Assembly: GCA_030167865.1 (NCBI GenBank)
Contig: JALAGF010002221.1
Span: 1 to 61,670, forward strand
Origin: Craspedostauros australis
Lineage: Eukaryota
Direction: 5' to 3'
Length of the DNA stretch: 61,670 nt
The notes under the pieces are model-generated. The model searched no databases. It saw nothing but the letters and a program-made list of their open reading frames with translations, and was not told the origin of the DNA. Below, in pieces: positions 1 through 11,266 of the stretch. The position numbers were made by a program, and so were the translations under genes. Position 1 is the stretch's first letter, and every line of letters begins with the position of its first letter.

Positions 1-811
1 CGGTCACAACTATATGATCTATATTATGTTTGAGTGCGATGGTATGGAGGTATGCTTGCGTTTAGTGCTCCCATGGAGGTCGGATTGATATTTGACCACT
101 CGGATCCCCAATTTCGGTGGCAAGTTTGGTCAATTCTGGTTCCAACGCTTGCGTCATTATGACGTCATGGACGGTTGGGACACTTCTTTGGAACAACTCG
201 ACCATGAAAACACGCCAACCAGAAGCCAAAAAACGTCCGTGAATGATGGGGGTGCTTGATGGATGGCATCAGTGCTCACCGAGAAAGAGAGCAACAGCCA
301 CCAAACTTAAGGATGGTATATATAAACACTATTCGATACTATAACTTAAATATGAGTACAGGATGGCCCATACGAGCTGAGTGCGGAGAGTTGGACCACG
401 GTTGATGCTGTTTCTGGCCTGTTTTCGTTCGGGACTTACGTAGAAAATGTACTAGATTCTACAGACCATTTTTCGTGATCCAAAAATCGCCAAAAATCGC
501 CAATGGCGTTGGCTACAGCCGTTTGTTTGAGGCACTAGTGGTGCCGTCCTTGCAAATCGCGTGATATCGTTCAAGTATCATACATGCCAAAGTGTTGCCC
601 CTCTCTCCCGAGAGAGAGACGCACACTCAACCACACAAAGAATCAACCAGAATTGGCTTAATCGTGTGTGAGATTATTGCTGTACGGCAACAATTACCTG
701 TGCTATTCTACCCATGTTGAGCTCAGCCGGAACACGTCTGACAACGACCCGAAGTATGATGGAGGCTCAGAGGATTACACTCTGCTGCGGTGGCTGCTGG
801 ATTCGCCGACT

Positions 812-3800
812 CTACGAAGAGTTCAAGAAGCTGTGCCTGTTGAGCAGACCATTTTGGCCCACGATGGGAGACCGCTTCTCGGCACTTCTGTGGAGGCAGC
901 ACTTGATGGCATCAATCGCGGCCGATTCCACATCCCCAGGATATTTGATTGTGTGGTTCGGGTTGACGATGGCCTGGAGTTTCTGGATGAAGTGGAGCTC
1001 GGCGAAAGGCGTTCTGCCGTACACCATCTGGTATAGAATGCAGCCAAGAGACCAGATGTCCGATGGCTGCGGGAGAGTGAGTGATCAAAGCAAGAATCGT
1101 TTCGCACACGATTGCACACAGAGCATAGCAGAATTGCACGAAGCACAGTGGTGACGGATCCGGGAATGTGCGCATTCGTGATGGTGGACGGGACGATGTT
1201 TCATCGGTCGGAGGTTGGATTCCGTGCGCGGAAGGATGGATCGTCAAATGGAAAAGTTTCGCACAATCCATTCGGCGAACGAAACAGACCCACAGATGAT
1301 CCCGTCCGAATGACATGCGTATTTATGGCGTAGTAGATCAGCGAGAAGGATGCTCGTGTGGCACAGGCACAAGGCAGAAGTCAATGATACACAAACATGT
1401 GAGTGCGGTGTCTGTGCGTGGCGCACGTAGTGCGGTAGTCACGCTCATTCTGGTTGCTTGCAGGGATCGACCAATGGGCCCTAGCATCACAGGCAGTTTG
1501 TGGTGCAACGATGATGGGCATGTCCAAGGCGCAACTGTTGGAGACCAGCAGACAAACCTCTTGCCCCACCTCAATCACCACCAAGAGACTGGTGCCCAAG
1601 ACGACAATGCTCGGGCAGCGAAGCAACCAATGGGCTTGCAGTTGGCTGCAAACGATGGTGCACCTTCGTGACATTTGTGAAGACTGCATTTCTTTCACAC
1701 AGCGACGTTTGTATTTGCGGACTTACCTTTCCGATGCGATGTCGCCGTCCATCATTGTCGGAACCCGTGTCGAGGATAGCTTCCGGCGACATGTAGTTCA
1801 GTGTCCCCACCTGCGCATCCCTGTATACATTCTGCGTGTCATCGCTCTGGATGGCCTTGGCGATTCCAAAGTCGATGAGCTTCAACGCCCCGCGAACGAA
1901 CAGGAAGTTGGCAGGCTTCAAGTCGCTGTGGATGATCCGCCTTTCGTGGATGCTGTGGACAGCACTAAGCATCTGCTGCCACGTGAGTCTGATGAAATTC
2001 ATGTTGAGCGATCGCTGTTTCCTGCCCTTCGAACCACCGCCGGTGCCGTGGGATGAGTTGTTCCGTATCGCTTGCTGCTGTAGCACCTGATTCAGATCAA
2101 CCTCGCCAGGTTCCATGACGAGGTAGATGGAGTTGCGCGTGTGATCCACCTGTGAGTCATAAAGCTGAATAATGGACGGATTGCCTCGAAGGCTCTTCAA
2201 CAGCGAAATCTCGTTTGCATATCCTTCCACAGCTTTGTCATCCATTCCCTCAAGCTTGACCTTTTTGATCGCGAGGACCTCGCAATTCTTCGAAAGCGCT
2301 CTGTAGACCTTGCACGACCCGCCCTTGCCGATCACGCCAAGCTTGACGTAGTTGATACCATTCACTGGGATTATGTTGTTGTTGTTGACGAGAGGCAGGA
2401 AATCCTTGTCGTACTTTTCATCGATAGCATTTCTGTCTTGCTGATTGCGATGTTGAGAGTTCATGGTGTCGTACTGCTGGCGTGCTCCACCGCTTGCACT
2501 CATGTTCGTAGCGCAAGACCCATCGTACGGTGGATCCGTGGAATTCGGGGAAGTCCATGTCGTTCCATTGACACTCACCATGTTCGCTCTCTGGGTAACA
2601 GTCGGCACAACGGTAAGCTGCGGGCGCTGCACACCTGGATGATTGGTGCGGGTCGGACCTGTGGACAGCTCAACGGCAGTCTCCGAATCGCGAGGTTGGA
2701 CAGAGCTGTTGCTGCTTTCCGAATGATTTGTGTGCTCCTTCTGTACGACACCAGTGTTGTTGGTGCTGCTGCGGCTGTCCGCGATGCTCGAACCACGGGT
2801 GCTTCCCGTCGCGTCTGATGCAGTGGATGTTGACAATGACACATCTTTACTGTCTTTTTCCTTCAGCCTGCTGGAGGGATCCCATTGCCACATGTAATTC
2901 AGGTCGACCTTGGATATGCTCTTCACCTGTTTCGGCTTCTCGGCGGCCTCCAACGCCGGTTTATCCGAAACTCTCCCCAACACGGCAGGCAGCTCAATGG
3001 GTGATGCTTGGTGTTTTTCAGAGGTGGCGTCGATGGCGATGTCAGTCAGGGTCGTTTCAGGGTCCAACCTCTTCGCCTTGCCCAACCTACTTGTTTTCGA
3101 CAGCAAGTTCAGTCGGCGGCTGCCGGAAAGCTCTCCAGACGTCCTCTTCCGCGATGACGAGAGCGGTTTGGTCTTTGTCAACGAGTTGAGCTTCAATCCT
3201 CCTCCACTCGCAAACGCCGGCAGCGGAGTGTTGAATTCCTTTCTCGTTTGCGTAACAGCCAACTGTGCAATGTCCGCAGACGCAGATGGACTTGGCGCGG
3301 CCGTGTGGGCGCCGTCCGGCGAGCCTTCCAGTCGCCGGCGTTTGGGCGAGCTACCCATGCTGGCTCGGACTGTGGGCAATTCAGTCCTTTCGCGGCGCGG
3401 TGGCAACGGCGGGATACTGCTGCTCTGGTGATCGGTTCGCCTGGTCTCATCATCGTCGTTTTCATTGAAGATGAAGAGTGCGGTCTTGAGGGCCTCCACG
3501 GGCTCGGCATTCTCCACGATGCCCTGCTCCAGGATACCGCGCGCTTTTTCTGCGCTGCCATGCCTGCTTTCAAACTCAGCGTGAGCGATGTAGAACGGAG
3601 CGTAGAGGACCGAACCTTGATTCTGAATGTGCCTGTACGTCATCCTGGCTTCATCCGTAGAGGAGAATTTGGCTTGAACACGAGCATGCGACAGCCAGAT
3701 CTCCAGGATGTCCCGCGAGTTCGACGGATCCACCCTCGTCTTTGCATCCATCGGGAACCGGACGGTGGCTCGGCGGTGTAGCCGGAGCAGATCGCCTCCT

Positions 3801-4336
3801 CGCCTGCTTGTGTCGTACTCCTGATCGTTGATGCTGGAGGATGACTTAGTTGCTTCGAACGCGGCCTTGAGCACCTGCCTCCACACGGACGGATCGTCCA
3901 TGGATGTCCCGTCGACGATCTGCCTGCACAACTGCCGGTGCTGTGACGAGCTGCTTGGCCTTAGGCAGAAGAGCGAATCCATCGTTTCGCCATATCGGAG
4001 GACGCGCCGCGACTTGACTCCCAGTGGCGTGGTGGAATCGGACCGTCCTCCGCTCCGCGGCACCCTGCTCTGGAGCCGGATAGAGCTCTGCGGTGTCGTC
4101 GTGTTGCGAAGGACACGGCGCTGCGAGTGCGGCGTCGAGAGATGGGAGGATTCATGCTGCCGTGGCGACGCAGAATACCCTCCCGATGGCAACTTGCTGG
4201 TGGCTGCAGTGGTTGCAGCGGCCTTCGTCGTGGGTGCCAGTGCTGCCTTGGGCACATTCTCTTTATTGTTCTTGTTGATGTTGTTGTTGCTGTGATTCCG
4301 TCCGTTCGTCCTCGAAGGTAGCGTTGGGATCAGCAT
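812..4336 (-). CDS. MPS1: Dual-specificity spindle-checkpoint kinase MPS1/TTK, 2 exons (4336-1727, 1066-812), ~954 aa
   Basis: Kinase motifs IGKGGSCKVY, AIKKV, IIHSDLKPANFL, LKLIDFGIAKAIQ, GTLNYMSPE. GTAAGT donor at 1726 and CAG acceptor at 1067 join in frame to PSDIWSLGCILYQMVYGRTPF. N-terminal helical TPR-like region (FYIAHAEFE...ARGILEQGI) as in Mps1. Confidence 0.93.
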
Positions 4337-4879
4337 GGTTGCGATGTATGAGTACTGCCGTTGGTTGGTGTATGGCCAGCGAGCGTCAGATTATGCGGTG
4401 TGCTTTTGATGCTCGTTGTTTGTGTTGCTGTTTGTTTGCGTTGTGCTTGATTGTTGTGATGTTGATGGTGTTGATGGTGTTTGGTGTGTTGTTGTTGCCT
4501 CTCCTGCAGGCGCTTGTGCTTGTTCCGAACAAGACAAACGCGCGTCAAACACAAACGAATGCCGCTCGTTTTTGAATTTGGGTTTCGTAACGGAAAGATG
4601 ATCGACCACTTAGATCCGAATAGTGTTATCCCCGAATATACGTGACTCGATCCGACACAACAACAAACCCAAACAACGAAACCCGAAACAGGAGGACGGC
4701 GAAAACCATCGTGGCGCAACAACGACAAGCAAAGCCAAGATCCACCGACATCCACATCCACATCCACTACTATCCTCCACATTACAGACACGGCCAAACA
4801 TCGCAAGCTGTCGTACCGCACTTCAGCTGCTGCAGCGAAAAAGAGGCCGAAGGAACGGACGTGAAACGAGAAGTTGATC

Positions 4880-7804
4880 ATGATGGTGGTGTCGGTAGAG
4901 AGAGAAGATTTCATCAGCGCCGCCGGGTTGAGCGACCCAATTCGAGAGTACGCAAGCAAGGTCGTGTCGCAGGAGACTACGTCTGCTGGCGTGGATCCAG
5001 CTGCGAGGCTCGGTGTGCTGGAGTTGGACTTACGGGGCCACTTCATTAAGGTTTGCAACGAAGCTGGAGCGCAGGTTGGCAACGAAGACACTTCGATGAT
5101 GGCAGTTGATTCGAGCCCCGTGGAGTTCTGGAAGGAGACGCTGCGCCTGTGCCAGCATTTGGTCTACTTCTGCGAAACCAAGAAGGATACGAGGTACGAA
5201 GGCCTTGCCGTGAGGAAGCTGCCCATCCTTTTGCTCGAGGATGCAGCCGATATCATGCCCGCATCGATCGCATCTGCCTTCTGGTCGGAGGCTGTTGAAG
5301 GGGCGAAAGACGAGCTGCTTTCAGATTTGATGTGGCACACGAACACTGCATGTCACCTTCCCTTCCTCAAGGTTTGCAACAAGTTCCTCAAGGTTCTCGA
5401 TGGACAGGCTGGGGGCAGAGTGCTGCAGCTCCTCGCCGAGGGTTTTGGGATCGCCGAGAGATCGGGGATGAAGGTCTGGGGCACCTTTCGTGCTGTTGAC
5501 ACGGCGGAATTTGCTTCAGAGAGCGACTTCGGTGAAGCTCAAACGGCCGCATCTTCCGGGGTGGGATACTCGGTGTACAAATCCTTCTGGTCTCTGCAAA
5601 AGGACTTCTCAAATCCAAGCGCCATTCACATGGCTGACTTTGTCAAGAAGATGCGAATCGTGCTCTCCACTCTCGAATCGACATCGCAGGCATACGCATC
5701 ACGTCAACAGCTGAAGCACAAAGGTGAGACGTCGATGGTAAATGCAAGCACCAACAACAGATTCCTGACGTCTCCCTCTCTCTTCCATGTGCAGCTGTTG
5801 GAATCAGGACTCCGTGCCACATTCCTCACGCAGTTTCTAATCATCGCGACCCATCTCAGCAGCGAATCCGCGTCACTCAGACAGGCGTTGGAGACTTTGG
5901 AAAAGTCAGCCAAGCAGTTGCTGCAGAAGGAGAGCTCTGATTACGCAAGCCTGCTGCAAACTATCTTGCAAAAGGAAGACGCTTGGAGATCGTGGAAGAA
6001 GCAGAAGTGCGATCCCCAGCGATTCGCGAAGGAACCGCAGACTGCCAAGGCCAAAAGTAATCGCCTCAGCGATGGTCCGCTGTCGACAAGCAACGAGGAG
6101 AACAACAATCGCATGAGACTCGACCCGATCAAGATTGAACAGCTGGCGGAGATATCTCGTGACATGGGCGAGAAGATACCGACGTTAGACGAGCACATTA
6201 CCAAGTACGCTGAGGCGGTGGACCCCGACGCCGGCTTCGAGGAGGCCTTCCATCCAAGGAACAATAAGCTCTACTGCTGGCGAGCAAGCCGCCTTCTCAC
6301 CAAACACCATCTCTCCGACTTTCATCTCATGAACGGCACAGACTTTGAGCAGGTGGTGAGGTACAGATTCTCCGAACAGGGCAAGCCCATTCCTGGCACG
6401 GCAGAATTCAAACCAGAAGAGAGCATCGAGGAAATGTTGGAAAACGCAGCAAAGAAGAAGATGGACGAAGATGCTGGTACTGGCGCGGATGGCACCGGCA
6501 CTGGAGATGGTGATGGTGATGTAGGTGAGGATGCCGCATCGGATCACGGTGGTCGTGATGGTAGTGATGACAATGTCGATGGTAAAAACGATAGCAACGA
6601 GAATGACGATGGCAAGGACAAGGACAAGGACAAGGATAATGAAATGGATGCCGTCAAGGCCAGCGACGACGACGATGACGATGATGACGATGACGGTGAC
6701 GGTGCGAAGGATGAGAAGGTGGTCGATCAAAAGGACGAGATTAATGCCAACGCGAAAAAGGAAGATGGCATGGCTATTGACAACAACACAAACAAGCAAG
6801 CAGAAGATACAGGAGAAGATAAAGGAGAAGAAGAGGATAGCGGCGATAAGGCCAAGAAAGGCGAATCGCAGGATGCCACTCAGGGCGATGTAGCGGTAAC
6901 GAAAGGAAGCGATGAAACAGAGAAGGCAACATCCGTTTCCACAACAATCAAGCGTGAAGATTCAAAGAAGCCAGATCCAGAAGGTTCCGAGAAGGACAAG
7001 ACCAAAGCATCCAATGATCAAAAGTCATTAAGCAAAAAGAGGAAGGCATCTGGGCAAGATGAAGTCCCAGATGAGGGAAAGGGAAAGGAGGACAAGGGGC
7101 CTGCCAAGAAGGTGAAACAGGAACCCGCTGACGACAGTAAAGATGGCAAAACAGAGAGCACCAAGGACAAAGACGGAGACAGGAACAGGGACACTGCGAA
7201 AGGCAAAAGCAAAGAAGACGCCGCAAAAAGTAATCAGTCGGAACAAATAGGAGCGCGATCGGCTGAGCAGAGGAAAGGAACGAGGTCAGTGGCCGCTTTC
7301 AAGTCAAGAGGCAAAGCGGGACAGCCGTCAAACGACAAGCCTGAAACGGGCACTCGGCGTTCAGCAAGAAATAGCAATCAAACGCAGACCGAGAGCGGGA
7401 ATCGCGGGAGGAGTCAAGGCAAGTCGAATGAATCAGCACCGAGGGACCAATCCGCTCCGCGTGGCCGCAATCGTAATCAAAACGATGCTACCGGCCCGAA
7501 ATTCGGGAGAGACAGGGATCGCAAACATCCTGGTCCTGGTTCCGGATCTGGTCCAAGAGGAGACTCTCATCGAGATGGGTCCGGAAGTGGAGGCGGCGGC
7601 GGCGGCGGGCCTCGTGGAGGCAAAAACGATCGTGACGATCGCGGAAGGTGGCCACGAGGTGAGGACATGAGGGATCACCGGGGCGGAGATAGACAGACAA
7701 GATCCGGTGGTGGTGGCGGTGGTGGTGGTGGTGGCCAGCGAGGCGAACGAGGAGATCGTGGCCGCAACCAAGGCGGAGGCTACCGCCGTGGACGCAGAAG
7801 GTGA
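4880..7804 (+). CDS. THOC1: THO complex subunit 1 (Hpr1/THOC1)-like protein with long acidic and RG/RGG-rich C-terminal tail
   Basis: Long single ORF. Motifs YKSFWSLQKDFSNP, RFLTSPSLFHVQL, WRSWKKQKC and YCWRASRLL match recalled THOC1 conserved blocks. First ATG at 4880. Confidence 0.8.
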   Translation: MMVVSVEREDFISAAGLSDPIREYASKVVSQETTSAGVDPAARLGVLELDLRGHFIKVCNEAGAQVGNEDTSMMAVDSSPVEFWKETLRLCQHLVYFCETKKDTRYEGLAVRKLPILLLEDAADIMPASIASAFWSEAVEGAKDELLSDLMWHTNTACHLPFLKVCNKFLKVLDGQAGGRVLQLLAEGFGIAERSGMKVWGTFRAVDTAEFASESDFGEAQTAASSGVGYSVYKSFWSLQKDFSNPSAIHMADFVKKMRIVLSTLESTSQAYASRQQLKHKGETSMVNASTNNRFLTSPSLFHVQLLESGLRATFLTQFLIIATHLSSESASLRQALETLEKSAKQLLQKESSDYASLLQTILQKEDAWRSWKKQKCDPQRFAKEPQTAKAKSNRLSDGPLSTSNEENNNRMRLDPIKIEQLAEISRDMGEKIPTLDEHITKYAEAVDPDAGFEEAFHPRNNKLYCWRASRLLTKHHLSDFHLMNGTDFEQVVRYRFSEQGKPIPGTAEFKPEESIEEMLENAAKKKMDEDAGTGADGTGTGDGDGDVGEDAASDHGGRDGSDDNVDGKNDSNENDDGKDKDKDKDNEMDAVKASDDDDDDDDDDGDGAKDEKVVDQKDEINANAKKEDGMAIDNNTNKQAEDTGEDKGEEEDSGDKAKKGESQDATQGDVAVTKGSDETEKATSVSTTIKREDSKKPDPEGSEKDKTKASNDQKSLSKKRKASGQDEVPDEGKGKEDKGPAKKVKQEPADDSKDGKTESTKDKDGDRNRDTAKGKSKEDAAKSNQSEQIGARSAEQRKGTRSVAAFKSRGKAGQPSNDKPETGTRRSARNSNQTQTESGNRGRSQGKSNESAPRDQSAPRGRNRNQNDATGPKFGRDRDRKHPGPGSGSGPRGDSHRDGSGSGGGGGGGPRGGKNDRDDRGRWPRGEDMRDHRGGDRQTRSGGGGGGGGGGQRGERGDRGRNQGGGYRRGRRR

Positions 7805-8104
7805 TCGCGAGCGGCCCGACTCCACCGAGCATGTGCCCTCAATTCATGCGAACCTTCGAAGATATGGCTGAAATCTAGCAGTGCTCTACGATGCGCGAGC
7901 ACGATACTCTAATTCCTTGGGTTTGAATGGTCTTGCGCTGCTCCTTTCGGGTTAAATCCCCCTTCTCGCATCTCTGCCTCTTGTGTCGTTTTCCAACAGA
8001 ATCGCTGTAAGCCAATGCTCATTTATCTATAAAATATGTAATCTGCCGCAACCCCAATGAACGGGAATGACACCCCGATCAGTTGTTATTAAAACACACG
8101 ATAA

Positions 8105-9379
8105 ATGTCTGACTGTAGTCCGTATTTGGCGCCACAAACCACACACAAAGAAATGCGCGCAAAATGGCCGAAACAGAAATCGTGGAAATGTTCGTTGGGA
8201 GCGCATGAAGAACTCATTCGTTCCACAGAAGTGAGAGTGTTGAACGAAAGCGATTCTCCATCCTTCTTGCAAGACTTGGTGGAGCCTAACTGGAACACCT
8301 ATTATACGAAGCGAAATACACGCAAGCCATTTTGGATGTTCGACGAAGGCACGCAGCAGTACGAGTCGTCGCGGAAGCGCAAGCGCAACCTTGGCCGATC
8401 GGCGAGACGCCGTCGCAAGAAGGTCATCGAGGTGGAGGCTGCCGCTCTGCAGGCAGCGCAACAGGAGTGCGGAGGCGACGGAGCAGAAAGCCAAGATGAC
8501 AACGGGAATATGGGTGTCACCGGTGGGACGGCGAAGGAAATTCTGCCATCCGATCGCCATTACGTCCTTCCGACCATCGAGAAAGAGCGTGCTCTGACGG
8601 AGCGCGATGACATGTACTTGGTCAATCAGTTGGGGTACCTGCCGGGCAACGCCTTGTCGGTTGCAGCAAGGATTCGAGACATCCCGGGTCTTCCCGGAAA
8701 AGACGTCGACGCTCCCGTCGTGCTGCGGTTGTATCCAGTTGCCGCACGAGCAGAGAATGAAGGCAGAGGAGGCCGACAGAAGGCGCGGAAACGGAGTATG
8801 CAGAAGGAGGAGGGCGCTGCTGCTGCTGCTGCTGGTGGTGGTGGTATTGACGACCACAAAAATGAAAGCGCTGATCGAGATGCAGGTGCTGCGCCTCAAC
8901 TGGATCATGTAGCAACGTCAACGCAAATGCAAACGCAAGCGCAAACGCCCACTGCATCGTCGTCTCCCCAATTGCTGGAGCCATTCCCCACCATTTTCTG
9001 GGTGACACATCCGTTGGCGAAAGCGCTCATTTCCAAATTAGAATTGGAGAGCTTCGGGAAGGAGCTGGAGCAGCGGCTTCAGACCGATGCCGAGGCACTG
9101 CAATCCATGCAGGTGGCCCATGCCGCGTACGGACAAGCACGCCATGCCATGATCCATGATGCAGATTGGATCTGGATCCGGCAACGCAAATGGGAAGCGG
9201 CATTTGGTGCGAATCGTGGTGTTGCGGGGATACGGAATACGCGGAGCATCAAGTGTCTGCATGCCCACACGGCGCACTACTGGAGCGGTTGTGAGGACAA
9301 CGTGGTCGGCCGGTGGGTCACGGAACGTTTGCAAACGGAGTTGGCGACAATGACTATCCCCAAGAAGACTGGCAAATGA
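8105..9379 (+). CDS. DUF501 family protein
   Basis: PFPTIFWVTHP, ISKLE, AHAAY and GVAGIR...IKCLHAHTAHY are the DUF501 signature blocks. Start codon uncertain. Confidence 0.8.
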   Translation: MSDCSPYLAPQTTHKEMRAKWPKQKSWKCSLGAHEELIRSTEVRVLNESDSPSFLQDLVEPNWNTYYTKRNTRKPFWMFDEGTQQYESSRKRKRNLGRSARRRRKKVIEVEAAALQAAQQECGGDGAESQDDNGNMGVTGGTAKEILPSDRHYVLPTIEKERALTERDDMYLVNQLGYLPGNALSVAARIRDIPGLPGKDVDAPVVLRLYPVAARAENEGRGGRQKARKRSMQKEEGAAAAAAGGGGIDDHKNESADRDAGAAPQLDHVATSTQMQTQAQTPTASSSPQLLEPFPTIFWVTHPLAKALISKLELESFGKELEQRLQTDAEALQSMQVAHAAYGQARHAMIHDADWIWIRQRKWEAAFGANRGVAGIRNTRSIKCLHAHTAHYWSGCEDNVVGRWVTERLQTELATMTIPKKTGK

Positions 9380-9550
9380 GCCACGGCGGCTTTGCTATCG
9401 CTGTTCCATTCAACTACGGGGACGACGACGATTCAGCTATGAATTGTACACAATGGTACACTCATACAGAAGGCGGTACATTCATCGTTATCATTCGTTC
9501 ATACGTGCACTGGTCTCAATCCACTATTCTAGAGAAAGCGTGCCATGACC

Positions 9551-10795
9551 TTACATTTTGAAGTATTTATGGAAATTGTCCATGATGGCCGCATCATGCT
9601 GCTTGCGTTTGCCATCGCGCAATGCCTCCATCATCCGTTCGCACTGCCCAATCGTTGTGCCAACTTGGTATCCGTGATCCATAGCATCTCGGTTGCTCTC
9701 GTCTCGCGACATCCACTCCTCCATCTTGGTTTGGATGTCATGCGCCGACGAAATGTTGGGCTGCAAGAGATTGCAGGCAACTTCCCATAGCTCGCCGTAC
9801 GACAGAGTGAGTGCCTCCACGAACGGCAAGCCCCCATCAATTTCGCGAACGAGCTTGGTCAATGTTCGGGCCTGCGATTTGGGACAAGGGTGCAGTCTGA
9901 TGTTGTAGTTTTCGACGAAGGATGGCGGTGCGCCGATGGTGGCCTGTCCGATGGACGATGGCGCGGATGCATTGTCGTCGTCGCCGTTGTGCTGTGATCG
10001 AAAGAAATTGGTCTTTTCACGCCGTATCTGCGCCAGCGGGTGATCGTGTTCATGTGCATGCCCGTAGTAGAAGACGTCCGCACCAGCATTGGCCATGGAG
10101 ATGCCGACAGACCGAGCCGCCCAACCGGATGGCGTGGTTGGATTATTCTGTGGTGCTGCGGAGTTGTCATGGAGTTGGAACCCTGCTTGTGAGGCTTCAT
10201 CCCACGAAAAGATCTGGGTCTGTTGTGATTCGCTGTGTTGCTTGCTGCTTGGCTCCGCATTGAGTGGGTCGTCTTCGTACGATAGCGGCATGATGGAAAT
10301 ATGATCGATCAGTCCAACAGTAGGATGTGGCGTTGCCTTCATTGGTTTGAGCGGTACGGATGCTTTGGATGGAGCATCGGCCCCGCCTTGCTTCTGATAT
10401 TGCGGCGCTTGCTTCGTAGTCTCCTTTTTCCCGCTTGTGGTGTTGTCATGATCTTGGGCTTCATGCCACGCATGCTCCAAGGAAGCAATGGCAGTCGACG
10501 CAAAATCCGACACAACTTGCGCAACTGCGGTGCTGGAACCTGCAAAGTGGAACGAGGATCGCTTGTACGGCACATCGGCATATGCGTGCACCAGGCCTAC
10601 CTGCGTTGATGATGTTGATAATGTTGATGATGACGATGATGTCGATGATGTGGATGCAGAGTGCTTCATTGCGGTGGACTGAGCATGCGAGACCAGCTGA
10701 ATTAGAGCGGGTGCTGTCTTGGAGCACGCTGCTGAGACGTACACATTGCACGCCACCATGCAATGCGATATCGTCTTTGGAGAGCCTTGGATCAT
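9551..10795 (-). CDS. Stand-alone glutamate formiminotransferase (FTCD N-terminal-like)
   Basis: ACNVYVSA, HAYADVPYKRSSF, HPTVGLIDHISIMPL, VFYYG, LAQIRR, ENYNI and EVACNLL. No cyclodeaminase domain follows. Confidence 0.82.
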   Translation of the reverse strand: MIQGSPKTISHCMVACNVYVSAACSKTAPALIQLVSHAQSTAMKHSASTSSTSSSSSTLSTSSTQVGLVHAYADVPYKRSSFHFAGSSTAVAQVVSDFASTAIASLEHAWHEAQDHDNTTSGKKETTKQAPQYQKQGGADAPSKASVPLKPMKATPHPTVGLIDHISIMPLSYEDDPLNAEPSSKQHSESQQTQIFSWDEASQAGFQLHDNSAAPQNNPTTPSGWAARSVGISMANAGADVFYYGHAHEHDHPLAQIRREKTNFFRSQHNGDDDNASAPSSIGQATIGAPPSFVENYNIRLHPCPKSQARTLTKLVREIDGGLPFVEALTLSYGELWEVACNLLQPNISSAHDIQTKMEEWMSRDESNRDAMDHGYQVGTTIGQCERMMEALRDGKRKQHDAAIMDNFHKYFKM

Positions 10796-11266
10796 GGTAA
10801 CGCTAGCACTGATTGTGATTTCAGCTGTGGTTGTTATTGTGGCTACGATTGCTATCGTGATGGACGCATGAATGACGGCGAGGACATGGTTGGCACTTGT
10901 CCACCTCGATCGCCGTTTGTGATGATGATTCAGAGCACCAAGGTCGCCAGATCTTCGCCGAAATCATGGATCTGCCGACTCCACACTTCTTTCCACCCCT
11001 TGTCACGAGAGACTATTTCATGTCGCTGCGCACAACAGGAACAATTCAACCTCCAACCAACTGCAACCATACTCTATTGCTGGGAGAAGTCCTTGACCAT
11101 ATTCTTGCTCCAATATTGTATTACATTATATTAATACTACGCTCACTTTATCTCATGCAACACTTAAAGTAGTGTCTGTGCGTGTCGCATGTAATGCAAG
11201 TTTTGGAGTCCTCTACTCGACGAGCTACAGGAATACCACTCTCCGACCATTCATGTGCACGGTTTG

